Below, piece after piece: positions 13,728 to 27,399 of a stretch of 64,000 nucleotides of DNA. Source of the stretch: Paraspadella gotoi (taxonomy: Eukaryota > Animalia > Chaetognatha); NCBI GenBank assembly GCA_051294375.1, contig CM119265.1, positions 9,431,126 through 9,495,125 on the forward strand, given 5' to 3'. The position numbers and the translations under genes are program-made. The number at the start of each line of letters is the position of its first letter. Within the stretch, counting starts at the first letter, position 1. The notes beneath the pieces were generated by a model. That model was not told the DNA's origin. It did not search any database and saw only the letters and a program-made list of their open reading frames with translations.

Positions 13728-14115
13728 CCGATGGAAAGAAAGAAGGGAAGAAAAAGAAGGAAAGTAGGAGGTGATGAAAGGACAGATGACAAATGAAAGG
13801 ACGAAGGACAGAGAAAGAAATTAGAGGGAAGGAAAAAAAACGAGAGAAGGGTGTAGTCTCAAAGTATCCAGTATCCAATTACTATCCATTTATCAATCTT
13901 TTAAAAACCCAGGAACGTATTCTACTCCAACTGCTCGTGCCCTCCCGAGCTGGAACACCTCCTCGGCCACCAAGGGGCCTCCAAGTTCAGCTTCTGCGAG
14001 TTGGAATTCTCGAATCCCTGCGACGACGACTGCAGCTGCATCACCGTCGACGAAGATCCGGGATACCTTTGCGACTGCGAGGAGAAGCCCAAGTGTAACG
14101 TCACCTACGAGGATG
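2905..14115 (+). CDS. N-terminal module N1: signal peptide + neurexin-LNS1-like laminin G domain + EGF-like Cys-rich segment (multi-exon)
   Basis: Exons: 2905-2998 (MGNDRGWIPAFIALLSIFDPLVNAVYLDGTL); A (cleanest copy 10493-10621, also 5106-5246 and 8825-8954: GPHLKYPKWNPATNGSISFQFKTEAHSGILFYTDDNGDFDFFK); B 6142-6234; C 6294-6403; D 13418-13538; E 13913-14115. Splice phases are consistent and the translation aligns along its length with module N2 and with the first LNS domain of protostome neurexins. Several copies carry indels. Confidence 0.85.
5440..6102 (-). tRNA. tRNA-Ala(CGC) split by an N-gap (3' half at 5440-5478, 5' half at 6065-6102)
   Basis: The two halves match the intact copy at 9132-9202. 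Confidence 0.6.
6142..6403 (+). CDS. N1 exons B (6142-6234) and C (6294-6403), LNS domain core, intact copy
   Basis: VALHEGTVHAEINLGHGIHRIDVGKELGDGK|WHHVELARNDIETRLSVDDLFEAQHSYGDEHHFGDS contains the LamG motif LxDGxWHxVxxxR...LxVD; GT-AG sites. Confidence 0.85.
9132..9202 (-). tRNA. tRNA-Ala(CGC)
   Basis: Reverse complement GGGGATGTAGCTCAGTGGTAGAGCGCTCGCTTCGCATGTGAGAAGTCCGGGGTTCAATCCCCGCATCTCCA: cloverleaf, anticodon CGC, G3:U70 Ala determinant, A and B boxes, downstream T-run terminator. Confidence 0.9.
10234..10320 (-). tRNA. tRNA-Ala(CGC), degenerate or error-rich copy
   Basis: TGGAGATGCGGGG...GCGAAGCGAGCGC...CATCCCC with many insertions; same flanks as 11955-12033. Confidence 0.5.
10796..10869 (-). 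tRNA. tRNA-Ala(CGC) copy with small indels
   Basis: Near-identical to 9132-9202 in the same intron context. Confidence 0.7.
11955..12033 (-). tRNA. tRNA-Ala(CGC) copy with small insertions (second flank type)
   Basis: tggagatgcggggg..gaaccccgggacttctca..gcgaagcgagcgctc..gagctacatcccc. Confidence 0.6.
12369..12444 (-). tRNA. tRNA-Ala(CGC), degenerate copy (third flank type)
   Basis: Error-rich duplicate of 12885-12956. Confidence 0.5.
12885..12956 (-). tRNA. tRNA-Ala(CGC), intact isodecoder
   Basis: Reverse complement GGGGATATAGCTCAGTGGTAGAGCGCTCGCTTCGCATGCGAGAAGTCCGGGGTTCAAATCCCCGTATCTCCA; 72 nt; anticodon CGC; G3:U70. Confidence 0.9.
13020..13417. repeat. 23-bp minisatellite (AACGAGTTTCAATGAACGATTGT)n; a shorter copy is at ~12518-12610
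   Basis: Directly visible head-to-tail units with no unique spacers. Confidence 0.9.
13418..13538 (+). CDS. N1 exon D (end of LNS domain), with about 3 small indels
   Basis: After indel correction it reads TNNNVFFGGLPPEYEEFENQELLADPATFYEPRFVGEI, parallel to N2 NNYVFLGGMPDAYRTPENLQYLALPSIMFEDRWRGQM. Confidence 0.75.
13913..14115 (+). CDS. N1 exon E, EGF-like Cys-rich segment
   Basis: RNVFYSNCSCPPELEHLLGHQGASKFSFCELEFSNPCDDDCSCITVDEDPGYLCDCEEKPKCNVTYED; cag| acceptor; phase-1 donor G|gtgagt; paralogous to 27194-27399 (YSNCSCP...C..C.C). Confidence 0.85.
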
Positions 14116-15165
14116 GTGAGTTTGCGGGAAGGGGGTTGAGTGGGGTTGGGTGGGGTTGTGTGGGGTCTGGGGTCAAGTGGCAAAATTTAATTATCAATTT
14201 ATCTTTTGTGTAAGGAATGCTGTAATAGTGTTTTTTTTAACGAAAAACGTGTGGATCCATTTATATTTTAAACTTACTTAATACTCATAATACTCATATT
14301 AAATATTTTATTAATAACGCCGGTTTCGCGCCATACCGAAGTTTTCAAGCGCAGTCGATCCTTGGTGGCTGCTGTTCTTTTGTTCATGTTCGAAAGTCAT
14401 TCGATACGAAGTGACATCTATTGATTTCAAAAAAGATCGTCATTCGAGCGTTGAGATTTTGTTTAACGTTTTTGAAAAAAAAAAGATACATTTGATATTT
14501 AGAGAAGCGGTGATGATAAACTTAAATTACAATAGCGTTGGCGGTATAATATATTAACATTTTTTCTGGTTTTAATTTCGACCTCTTTCTTTTTTAATCG
14601 GCAAAAAATATAATTTGACAAAATAATTTATGAGATATTTCTTATTGCCCGGGGATTTTCTCTGTCGGACTTTCAGAGAGAAATTATAGATTTTTCACGC
14701 ACGACAGTTGGAAGACCGCCCCCTAGTGATTACTTTTCGTCGAAACAAACCGCTTGCTTGCTTGTTTGCTTGTTTGCTTTCTTTCTTTCTTTCTTTCTTT
14801 TTCTTTGTAAATCGCTTAAAAGAAATTGTACAATTTTTTTGTTTCTTTTTTCAAATATATATCGAAACAAAAATAATATTATTTTGATTTATAAAATATT
14901 TTTTCAAATACAAAAATATTATTAGTGCTGCAGTATCAGTTCAGTTTAAGCCTTGAAACCGATTTACTTGCATTGGCGCAGCCACTGGTTTCTGAGCTCG
15001 TCACTCTCCCAAATTCCTCCCCTTCAATACCCACCTTCCTTCTCCCTCACTTTAACTCTCCCACTCCAACTCCCTCTCTCGGCGCTTTGGTGCGCGAGAT
15101 GTAAACAAAAGGGAAAGATCTTAATTCTTAAAACGTGTTTCACTTCGAATTGGGGCCGGGGAATT

Positions 15166-15170
<5 letters not shown>

Positions 15171-15234
<64 letters not shown>

Positions 15235-15249
15235 ACGCCGCTGCCGCCG
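15171..15249. repeat. (GCC)n microsatellite
   Basis: Direct observation. Confidence 0.95.
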
Positions 15250-15786
15250 ATTCAATTCTGATTGATGTCTGAAACAGTTAGATAATTAGATAATTAGATC
15301 TATGACTATGGATAATAATCTTTGGATGTACTAAAAATTAAGTGTATTGTGAATTGTAGGTTTCGTTATTTTTCATGTTTTTGTTAATAAAAAAAAGCAT
15401 GAAAGGCACTATATTGATTTGTGCTTTATGCTTTATTATTTATAACGGTTAAAATATTCAAAAAATTTGGCCCCCAAAATTGTTTACATCTTTATTGTAT
15501 TTTTTCTGTAATATATTACAGAATTATATTCAATAGTGAATAATAAAGGATAACAAACAATACTGATATTTATTAAAATAATATTAGATTTTTTAGAGTA
15601 TATACTTTATAGTAATATATTGGGTTAGCAATTATTAAGATGTCATTGCCCGAACTCAACTCAACCAGAGAAAACAAAAAGTTGTTTTCCTTTTTATTTT
15701 TTTTTACCCTAAACACAAAAACGCATTTTCTGTTGATCTTTCGTCGGGGCGGCTTTCCTGTAAGACTGTAAGTCTTATTCTTTGTG

Positions 15787-15853
<67 letters not shown>

Positions 15854-17512
15854 GTTCCTCCCGTCCCTTTTTTTTTTTCAATCTGTGTTTTTCCTGATTC
15901 ACTTCCGACCCTTCATCGCGACCCTCCAATGTTTTTCTTGTGACTTATCCCTTTCTTCACTCGTTCCCACCTCCGCCAAATTATGAAATTTGAAAGAAAA
16001 GAGAAAAGGAAAAAAAAAAAAAAAGAAAATATAAAAATTAAGTTCAGGAAAAAAAACAGGAAAAGAAAATAAAAGAAAAAAATCCGTAAATCTCTTTTGT
16101 TCGATTCTCGAACTCGATTTTCGCGATCGAAATTCGATTTTACGCTCGTGACTTCTTTTCTCTCTCGATCGATCCGCATCGTTTCTTTTTTTTCAAAAAT
16201 CGTGGGCGGATTTACTAGTGTTTAATTTTAGACGATGATACTCTCGTATTCATGCAAGTATGGATGGTAATAATATATCGATAGAGAACCAATGATAATG
16301 AGTAATAATTACATATAATTTAGAAGCGCTGCGTTAAAAAAAAAATATAATATATAAAGGCATGTAGTTTGAAATCTCTCGGAGATTTTTCGAAAACAAA
16401 CCAGTATATTTCCACTCGCAACTCAACCTCATATACACACCTCGACTTCCTCTCCCTTCCTCCCCCTCCACCCCCCACTATACCCCCTTCCGCACCCCCT
16501 CTTCCCTAAATTCCTCCGGGTGGGCGATTGCTAACCAAATCTCATTATCTCGACTTGAAAAGAAATCATTGGGAAATTCTTTCCCCGAAAAACCCAAAGC
16601 GTGTAAACGCGTTTTTGGATTTTTTTTTATAAAAAAAATTGCATATATTACTTACAATTTTAACGATGAAAAGCGAGTATTTGATGACGTAGGGTATCGG
16701 CATACTTTGATTGCATCACTCCAATCGGAACGTGAGCCAAGAATCACATGATACCGATTACGGTTGAGGCGACTTACCACCGGTCTCTCTCTCTAAACCC
16801 TTCCTCTCTCTTCTACACGGTTACCATTTTTTTAAAATTCACGATGGATTCTTTGAAGTAGCGTCTCACCTCGTTCATCTTGTCGTGATTGACCGCGCTT
16901 TAACTTCCCTTTTCCCTTTTCCTCGAAACCCCTAATCCCTTTTCTTGCACCACAAATTGCAGAACTCCTTTACTCCTTTACTCCATTACTCCCCGCCCTT
17001 CCCCAATATTTTCTCGATGACAAATACAACTGATAAATTTCTTCTCGTACGAACGACTTAAAAAGTCAGACGCGTCTTTCGCCTCTCAACTTTTCTTTCG
17101 CGTCTGGCGACAGTGGGACCGGGAAAAAACGACGCCGACCCTCTTTTTAGCCCCTCACAACTGACCGCCTTCCCTCATTATAAAATTCTGTTCAAAAAGA
17201 TATATGACGATTATGACTTTAAATCATAAATTCAGTTTTTTATGATTTCCTCAGTGAATCATTTCGAAGCGCGGCAGGCTACATTGGCGAGTTTTCAAAG
17301 TTTGAGATTTAAAATATAAAAAAAACATAGTCGAAGGAAACGTTCTTAACTGTATGGTTCATTACGGTCTTCAATTTATCACAAAATTTAAAAATAAAAA
17401 AACTGAGTGAAGAGGAAGATAAAAAGTGCCAAAAGAAAAAACATGTGATCCTTTGAGATGATTCACATTTGAACATTTCACATTTTTTACATCTTCAGTC
17501 GCTGTCGACGCG

Positions 17513-17549
<37 letters not shown>

Positions 17550-18785
17550 AGAGACGAGAGAGATCGCGAGATTTGTCTATTTTTTTTTAAATGAGAAAAA
17601 ATATCTTTTGTCGAAAAAAGTCTCAATAAAAAATGAGTTTCAGAGTCTGATGGGTCCGTGAGTCGGAGCACCAGCCGGTGCCGGGTTGTCGGGCAAACCG
17701 GAGTCTGGTAAGGGTGACGATCTCCAGGGTGACGTGGTCGTGTTGGAAGTGAGGAGAAGAGAGAGAGAGAGAAGAGGAGAGAGAAGAGAGAGAGAGANNN
17801 NNNNNNNNNNNNNNNNNNNNNNTCTCTCTCTCTCTCTCTCTCTCTTCTGCTCTTTCACACAGACACACATACAAGCAGTCGTGATTCGTTTTTATCGGCA
17901 AAATGACCCATATGCGAGTTCGGAGATGATTTGCTTTACTCACGAACAAAAAACATTTTTCATCTTCGTTCTATTAATATAACAAAAATAAATACTTCTT
18001 TGCTTAAACATATTTTGGAAAACGTTTTAAACTTTGAAATATTTTCTATGCATTCGCCGTCGTTTAACGCGCGTAGAAAGTCAACGACCGAATTAACGAA
18101 AAAACTGGGCCTTGTTTTCCCAGAACGCCCCATTTTATCTTAAATTCAGAATTAAGTTAATTTTTTTAAATTAAAGGTTAGAATTAGGGATTAGGTTATT
18201 GAATAATATTAGGGATTTGGTTAAGGTGAGGGTAAGGGATAAGTTTATATGTTCAAAAATATATTTCAGATAAATATTAAGATTAAAATTAAATTTTGGG
18301 ACAAACGAACCGTAATGGGGCACTCTCGGAAAAGAGAGCTAAAAACGGCCCAAAAAATTTAAACGGAAATTATTTCTTTCCTTCCTGTCTTTTTCTCTTC
18401 TCTTCTTTCTTTTTTCTTTTTTCTTTTTTCTCTTCTCTTCTTTCTTTTTCTCTCTTCTTCTCTTCTCGTTTAATCTTCCCTTCCTCTCCTCTTCTTCGCC
18501 TCAGAAAAAAAAAAGTTATTTTAATTGGATTTGCGAAACAATTTTGACTTAATTAAAAAAGAGGAATTTTAGGCGGCGGATAAGTCACCTTTTAAACGTC
18601 TCTCCTTTTAAAAAAAAAAACTGTTTTTTTCCAATAAAATCTTTTAACTTTTTCAGCTTCTACTTGTTTCCAGACCGACGCTGCCTCTTCGACCTTACAC
18701 AACAATTTAGCTCCTATTTTTCATTAGTCGTAATAAAAACTTGTCTTTGTTTATCAACGGGCTTTTGATAGATCCGTGTAATCTG

Positions 18786-18826
<41 letters not shown>

Positions 18827-19409
18827 CCATTACTTTATCCTCATTCACCGAGTCTTTTTTCCTGGGCAAGTCTTTCAATTTGTCTGCGAATTTAATGCGC
18901 TATCACATTTTTCCCTTTAAAAACTACAACAACTCTTTTCCCACTAACGATTTCTGACAATCGATGTGAATTATGTCGAAAACTCGCGAGTCGGGAATTC
19001 GTGCCAAGAATTCGACGCGCGTTTGATTTTCGAGATTAATAATTAATCAACGCATGAGATACGATTTCCCTTTTGTTTCATTTATTTTATTTTTTTATCA
19101 AGGCGTTTTGTTTTTGTTTTTTTAATGTAAATTCTATTTTTACTTTATCTTTGACTCAACAAGAATTATATTTCGTTCCTAATAGTCATTTTCTCTGGCT
19201 TTTCGGAAGCCTCCTTCAAAATCTTAAGTAGTCCTTTTGAAGCAGGAAAATCTATAAAAACTTCCTTGCATTGCGAAGATTCGGCTTCTTATTGACTTTG
19301 TATTTTTATCTAACCACTTAAGACATAGATATTTTATTTTTTAGTTCTTACCTTTTTTTTCTTTGTTTATTTGTTTGTGTCCGTATTTTTTTCTTTTTCT
19401 GTTTTTCAT

Positions 19410-19431
19410 TTTCTTTCTTTCTTTCTTTCAT

Positions 19432-19525
<94 letters not shown>
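19410..19525. repeat. (CTTT)n microsatellite; many (CT/AG)n tracts occur throughout 13600-25240
   Basis: Direct observation. Confidence 0.95.
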
Positions 19526-19526
<1 letters not shown>

Positions 19527-19768
19527 ATTCTTCAATTTCTTTTATTTCTTTTTCTCTCCTTTCCTTCTTTCTTTCTCCTGTTTGCCCAAGGTTCAGCTCC
19601 GGGCCTTTCACCGCCACCTACTCTCTCTCTTTCACTCTCTCTCTTTTTCTCTCTTTCTCTTATTCCCTCTCTCTCTCACTCTCTCTCTCTTTCCAACGAA
19701 ATTCTTATCAATTCTGTCGATCCCGATTTCGACTCTCAGTTTCTCGGACGTTGAATCAACAACAACCG

Positions 19769-19868
<100 letters not shown>

Positions 19869-20421
19869 GAAGTTCTGCTTCGCGCATTCGCTTCCGCGAG
19901 TATTAATTATTATTTTTCACCAGAAGTCAGAAGAAAACATTTTCTTTTTTTGAAGACCAAAATAAAAATTTTCTTTGTCAAATTTGTTGACTAAATTCTT
20001 TAAAATAAACATAAATTTCAAAGTTTAACATTCGCGTTTCACGTCACTGTTTTCTCACTGCGTTGAATTCACGGATGAAGTTTGATACTAGTGAGTCTTC
20101 TTTTCTTGAAACTCACAGGAATATCACGCAACTTCTTACGAGCGTCGCTCAGGATTTCTAGAACCGTCCTCCATCCATAACGATCACAAGAACAACCACG
20201 ATTCCAAGAACAGCCATCTGCTGGATTGCAAAACGGCAAAATTTGCCTCAATTCCGACCAACTCTCTCGAGAAAGAAATAATCAAATCTGGAGATTTTAA
20301 AACTTGTGTTTTGTTTTTTTCGTTTTTGCCAAAAAAAAAAAAAAGAAAAAGGAAAAAACCTCACCTTCTCTAAAATCTCGACCGCATCTCTGAGAGATTC
20401 TTTCAACAGCGCCGGAACGCC

Positions 20422-20504
<83 letters not shown>

Positions 20505-20557
20505 CATGAGGGGAGAGAGAGAGAGAGAGAGAGAAAAATAGAGAGAGAAAGAGAGAA

Positions 20558-20629
<72 letters not shown>

Positions 20630-20965
20630 AATGGAGGGGGAGAGGAAAAAAAAAATTCCAGATGCCTTGGCGGTTGAAGAGTTGTTGGGAAAGAGAAGAA
20701 GAAGAAGGAAGAAATTCTCTCTCGACGATTTTTGATGTTTTGGAGGCAGAATTTTTAACCTTTGGCGATTTTTTGTTAAAAATTTGTTTTTGCATTTTGA
20801 GGGGGAGGAAAGAAGAGGGGAGGGGAGGGGAGAGAGAGGGAGAGGGAGTGGGTTGGAAGTAGGCGAGGGGGGTGGCGGTTGGGGGAAGGGGGGGGGTTGG
20901 GGAGAGAGAGAAAAAGGGGATTGAGTTTCTGAGGTTTGATTCGAACCGTTGGATGATGAGTCTCG

Positions 20966-21065
<100 letters not shown>

Positions 21066-21268
21066 TCAGTCAGATGCGAAGCAAAAATGAAATAGAATAA
21101 TCTCTTGGTTTTTTTCGGGCAAAATTCCGTCGGGTGATGAGGGAACTGATATTGGCGATTTAAGGAAGTCTGATCGAGCACTTTGATAATCTATTGGGCA
21201 CTGTGATCGACGAAGTGTGAATGTGGCCGACGTTAGTTCATTGGCGTCATCATCGTATCTTTATCTTT

Positions 21269-21350
<82 letters not shown>

Positions 21351-22314
21351 CTCTCTCCCCCCCGCCGCATTTATACATATTTGACATTCTCTCTAATGAA
21401 TAACGTCGACGGCAAATCCGCCTTCAATCGAATCATAATAACAACTCTCACTTCTTTCTTTCTCTTTTATTTAATTGTCCTACTTAATATTTAATATTAA
21501 TTTCATTCGTTAAGTCGTAAATGTTTTCGTATTTGATGTGAGTCCTTATCCCAAACCCGATCGATCCTGACACACCAATTCTTTTTTTTTTTCTTCTTTT
21601 TTTTCAATTTTCTCATTGGTAATCTTTTCGATCTCTTTAACTCTTTGTTCAAACATCGGCAGTATGTATGTACATAGTTATTTTTTATGTACAACTAGTA
21701 AAATACAAAAGTGTTTACGTAAGCCTCTGGAGAGGTTCGCAGCTGCTGAAAACTTTTTTTGAATTTGTCAAGAAAAAGTTACTTGTGAGATTTGTTAAAA
21801 AAAAGTTTAAGATCTTCGATTGCTTAACATAACAGAGTTGATGTTGATTTTAAGAAGTCGTTCGGTTCACTATTTATATTACATTATGAATTGACTGAAT
21901 GAATGAATGAGTGATTTATTTAATTTAACAAACATTTTAAAAACTGCCAAATGCAATAGGATTGTCTCGCAGGCATCGCGTTTCTTGAAGATTCATTGGC
22001 ACTCCTCTCATTTCCCAAAAATGTCACCATCATCTAAGTATATTCGTCATTCAGCCCACTGCCCACCTTTTTAAGCAATCCTTTTTATAATTTTTTTTTA
22101 ACCAATTGTATGCAATAAATATCCAAAAGAGCTATTTTTATTCCTCCATTCAAAGGTTAAGGATTTCAGAAATGTTTAAATTTCCAAAGTTTTTCGAGAC
22201 AAAACTTGAAATTATTTTTGGCGTCGTTTTCGATTTCTCGACTCAATTCGGTTGATCATTTGTTTTTCTGGAATACTATTTATGCGCGACATAAATTCTC
22301 TACTGGAGTTGCCT

Positions 22315-22352
<38 letters not shown>

Positions 22353-22506
22353 CCTTTCCTGCGACCGGGGACTTGTGCCAACTCTTGTGCTATTGACTTG
22401 TACCCTACAACTTTTTTGCGCCTTCTGAAAAATCCTTGGACTTAGTCGTCGATGTCGTCGTTTTTGTCTTAACCTTTAAAATCCTAAATTTTATTCTTCT
22501 TTTTCT

Positions 22507-22549
<43 letters not shown>

Positions 22550-23448
22550 GCATTCCGCCTCGAATTTCTGCGATTGTTTCGATTTGTCACTGAGACTCTA
22601 AATCTGGGAGTGAGATTGTCCGAGGTTATCTCAAAGAACTTTGAGAGCAGAATCCCGCAAAATGAAAACAACGACGACGACGACAACAACAACAACAATA
22701 ACCACAACAACAACAACAACAACAGCTTAACTGGCCACCAAGAAAAAACTAAAAAAAGAGGAAGTTTTCACTCGAACTTCGTCTCCGTTTTTGTTTCTCT
22801 CCCTTTTCGTTTTTGTTTTATTTTTGCTTTTTTGTTTTTGTTTTGTTTCCTTTTTTTTTTTTTCGCCCAAATTTCCGCTTTTTGCTTAATTTCAAATTTT
22901 GGGGACGAAAGATCTCCAACTAATTTTAATTTCGTCGAAGAAGGTCACGTGACTCATGGCTAATTGAATCGTTTCAAAAATCCTTCCGGAGATAACACCC
23001 CCCCCCCAATAAAAAGGGTTCGACGATCTCGATAAGTTAAGTTAAGTTAAGTTAAGGGGCGCGAATCGTTTTTGGGACAAAAAGACTCGTTCTTCTTTTT
23101 TTTTCCTGGAGCTTTCCAAGATTGAAGGATTTCTTGGCGGGCGGGGCTCCTCCGGTGGATTAACGAAATATTATTAAAATCAGGCGGATACCAAAAAAAA
23201 AAATGATGAAAGAAACTATTCTACGTTTTCGTTCATTTCCTGTAAACAATAAATTCGAGTATTTAGTCTTATTCCGCTCCACCCAAATCACCGGAAAAAC
23301 TTTTTCTAGTTTTAATACATATTTTAACGGGCGAGATGCGTTCTTGGTCTGAGCTGAGGTAAAACAATTAGTATGTCGAGACAACTACGTGAGAACCCTA
23401 CGCTTAGGAGGGAAGGCGGATAAAAATGTTTCGACTCTCTCTTTCTCA

Positions 23449-23522
<74 letters not shown>

Positions 23523-23680
23523 CTCTCTCTGACTTACTTAATACTTACCTTCTCCGCTTTTTCTTTATCCAGGTTTTCCATAATCTTTTCCTCCTCCTCC
23601 TCTTCCTCCTCTTCCTCTTTCTTCCTCCTCCCAACACCTTTCTACCCCTTATCTCTTTTTCTCCCTCGACTTTCTTTTTT

Positions 23681-23770
<90 letters not shown>

Positions 23771-23910
23771 TTTCTACTAGAAAAAAAATAGCAATCTTTT
23801 TATAAAAAAAATAATTGTGTTTTAAATTTTTTTCTTTTTGCGATTTCTGTTCATCGTCGAGGCTGTCGTCGTAACTCCCATAATCTAAAAGTGAACCTGA
23901 AAGATGTTTG

Positions 23911-23963
<53 letters not shown>

Positions 23964-23975
23964 AGAGAGAACCGC

Positions 23976-24009
<34 letters not shown>

Positions 24010-24439
24010 GACGTGACGTGAAATACGTGAAAAAAGACGCGAAGAAGTTTACTTTGCGTCGAATTTTCGTTTAAATCCGTGAATGATGTTTTCCCGACGG
24101 CAGCGAGAGAGTGGTGAGAACGGGGGAGCGGAAAAGCAACGAAGACTCGACGAATCAAGTAGATCGTCGGCGAAAATGCGAGTTTTGCCGGAAATTGACG
24201 ACGAATTTTTTTTTGACCGCTAGAAATTATTCCAATTGTATTATTTTTTGCCGAGAAATTGTGGCCAAACGCTATAAACAAAGATGCTACCCTGGTCGTC
24301 TTTCTGCCAATCTGTCAGTGACCCATTTGCGTCATCCGACTCGTCAATTCGCCGTCCCATTTCTGTCGACCCACTGCCCGCTGTTTGCCCACCCTCTCTC
24401 TGCCACTCCCTCTCCCCCGTCCCGACCGACTGCTGCTCA

Positions 24440-24625
24440 CTTTTTTTTCTTGTTTTGTTTATCTTTTATATTTTCTGTTTCGTTTTTTCTTGTTTTGTTT
24501 ATCTTTTCTCTCTTCTTTTTCCTTTGTTTTTTCTTGTTTGTTTATCTTTTCTCTCTTCTTTTTCCTTTGTTTTTTCTTGTTTTGTTTATCTTTTCTCTCT
24601 TCTTTTTCCTTTGTTTTTTCTTATT
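24440..24625. repeat. T-rich tandem repeat of roughly 40-45 bp (TTTTTCTTGTTTTGTTTATCTTTTCTCTCTTCTTTTTCCTTTG), 3-4 copies
   Basis: Direct observation. Confidence 0.8.
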
Positions 24626-24957
24626 TTCAGAGAGGATTTTTTCTTCTCTTTTTATTTACGGTTGAGTCACTCGTCCAGAAAAAAAGAAAAAAAGAAAATT
24701 TTCTCGCCGTTTCAGACGATAAATTTTTCTTCCCTCCCAATTTAGTTTTAAACTGAGTTTTACCTGCCTTAAATTTTCGAAAAGAAAGCAAATGAATGAC
24801 AGCAACCTAATGACGTAACGAAAGATGACGCTGACAATAACAACAACAACAATAACGTCAAGGATCTGATGACAGACTCGATGACAGCGACCCTGATTCA
24901 AGGATGTCGGCGGTTTTGATCTGGGAAGGAAGTTCACGTTTAAAGAAAAAATACACG

Positions 24958-25082
<125 letters not shown>

Positions 25083-25193
25083 GTGATCGTTCAAAAGTCG
25101 ATTGCCTCGAAAAATTTTCTGGAAATTGAATCGCGTTTCACGAGGGGAAAAAAATCTCTGATTCACAGAAATCGGGGGAGGTGGTCATCTCGT

Positions 25194-25238
<45 letters not shown>

Positions 25239-25629
25239 CTCTGGTTCACATCCTTCAGATTCGCTTAGCGTATTGAAATTTGCTGGGTTTTTTAACCAGT
25301 TAAAACAAAATATTGTTAGAAATTAATTTTAAGTGAAGTATTGTCGATTAAACGTTACATATGTAAATAAATTGTTTGTTTGTTATTAGAAAGATTAGAA
25401 ATAAAAATATTACCGACTAATAATAATACTTTGATGTTAAAAATATCATCACTTTGATTATTTTTTTTCCTGCGACTAAAAATATTGCGTGAAAAGTTTA
25501 AAATTGATTTTTGTTTTTTTCTTCGAGATAATTCGTGCAACTCAACCATTTTTTTTCCCGCAATTTTATTTTTGAAAGGTTTGAACTAAAAAAAAACTAC
25601 AAAAGACAACAAAAACTTCATTTTAACCG

Positions 25630-25845
25630 ATCGACTTCCGCCCATTTTTTTTTTTTTTTCGTCAAGCGCCATTTTTCGTTCACCGGCGCCTCCAACGGAA
25701 TATTTTAACCGATCGGCCAAAAAAAAAAAAAAGCTCGTGTCTCAATCGGCCAAATCGCTTCGCCGACGAAAAGCGATCCTCTCCTTCGATCGCCTTATAA
25801 AACCCGGATTACTCGCTTGCCATCCGCCCACTCCGCTGCCCGCCC
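25630..25845 (+). promoter_or_regulatory. Candidate promoter of module N2
   Basis: CpG-rich; YY1-like CGCCATTTT near 25667; TATAAAA at 25796-25802, 50 nt upstream of the signal-peptide ATG; in-frame TAA upstream of the ATG. Confidence 0.5.
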
Positions 25846-27399
25846 ATGCCTGCCCCACCTCGCCTCCTCCTCCTCCTCCTCCTCCTCCCTCTCCCCTCCC
25901 TCTCCATCTTCACGGACGGGACCCTCAAGTCCTACGTCCAGTACCCGCGATGGCAGGCTTGTCTCAACGGGTCGATCGGCTTCGAGTTTCGATCCGACGA
26001 TCCCGACGGCCTTTTGTTTTACACCGACGACGGCGGCAAATACGACTTCTTCGAGTTGCGCCTCATCGACCGGAAGATGGTTCTGCGGTTCAACCTCAAC
26101 GCCACCATGGGAAAAATCGTCGCCGACGATTACAGGGTGAGCGGGTTTTGGATGTTTGGAGGGGATGACGAAGACGTTGATGTTTCTTAAACTCATTTGC
26201 ATATTGCAGAAGTAAGCGTTCAGGGAGCTATTTATTTATTTTTCGTTCATAAATGACTCTTAAAATTTAAGTTTCTTTTTCGGATGCTTCTATGACTAAC
26301 TTTATAGGTTAGAGGGGCGGATATTTAATCGTCTTTCTTCTAGAACACTGTATTAATAAAAAAATAATAATATTAATAATACCTCGTATCAATTAATTCA
26401 ATTTCTCCATTGATGAGGAAAATATGATATCGTCTCTTAAAGCAAGGGAATCTTCACAAACATTTGTTAGGCTTAAAATTCACTAAATATCTGGAGTAAC
26501 CTTGAAAACAACCTCACCATAGCCTCACCTCACCCCAACGTTCAGGATCTCGACGACGACAGATGGCACAAGGTGTCGATCCAACGTAACCAACGGGAAA
26601 CCGTTCTCGCCATCGACAATTACAAGAAAGGAGCGCGGACGCAAGGGCTCGACTTTCAATTCGGAAATCTGGAGAAGAACAACTACGTCTTTTTGGGCGG
26701 AATGCCGGATGCTTACAGGACGCCGGAGAATCTGCAATACTTGGCGCTGCCGTCCATCATGTTCGAAGACAGGTGATGGTTGGTGAGGGGAGAAGAGATG
26801 GTTCTGCGTAGGGGGATAGGAGATGGTGCTTGCGGACAGGAGATGGTTGGCGGGGAACAGAGGATTGGGATTGGGAACGCTGGAACAGGGGATAGAGACT
26901 AGAAATTGTCGTTGGGGACTGGAGATGATGAAGTGGGAGAAAAGATGGTTGGTAGGGGATAGAAGATGGTGGTTAGGTACAGGAGATGGGTTTCGTGTCA
27001 CGGGAGATGAGGCGGTGGCGAAGGGAATCAAGATGGACGGGGAAGCGACGGCGCTTTTTTTTTAATTCGTTGTCTTTTTGTTTGCAAAAGTCAATTTGTT
27101 TGTTTTTTTTAAACGACCGTGATTCCTCTGACATCTTCTCAATCGTCCTTCCCTCTCACTCCCTCTCTCCCCACTCTCTCTCCATTTTCCCAGATGGCGC
27201 GGGCAGATGCGCAACCTCCAGTACTCGAACTGCTCGTGCCCGCTCCGCTCGGCCGACATCATGCGCGTAGAATCTGCCCGACGCGACAATCCCTGCGAGA
27301 CGAACAACCCGTGCGACCGGACGAATCCGAATTGCGATTGTCTCATCGACAGAAACGGGAGACCAACTTGCGATTGCAAGGATAAGTCGTGCGGACCGG
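25846..27399 (+). CDS. N-terminal module N2: signal peptide + neurexin-LNS1-like laminin G domain + EGF-like segment (exons 25846-26136, 26546-26772, 27194-27399)
   Basis: MPAPPRLLLLLLLLPLPSLS-IFTDGTLKSYVQYPRWQACLNGSIGFEFRSDDPDGLLFYTDDGGKYDFFELRL...DLDDDRWHKVSIQRNQRETVLAID...FQFGNLEKNNYVFLGGMP...LALPSIMFEDRWRGQMRNLQYSNCSC...NPCETNNPC..CDC..CDC..C. The motifs GLLxYTDDGGxYDFFEL and LALPSxxFExR recall neurexin-1 LNS1. All introns are GT-AG with consistent phases. Confidence 0.92.

Noticed and set aside
18178-18245. Telomere-like TTAGGG repeats
   Set aside because: Only scattered, imperfect units with no tandem array.
20069-20251. Short minus-strand ORF with Cys residues or a hydrophobic stretch
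   Set aside because: No recognisable domain or consistent splice partners, and it is too short to support.
25846-27399. Calling the gene neurexin (NRXN)
   Set aside because: Only LNS1-EGF is neurexin-like; the downstream domains are a different LamG-like type, so no gene symbol was given.
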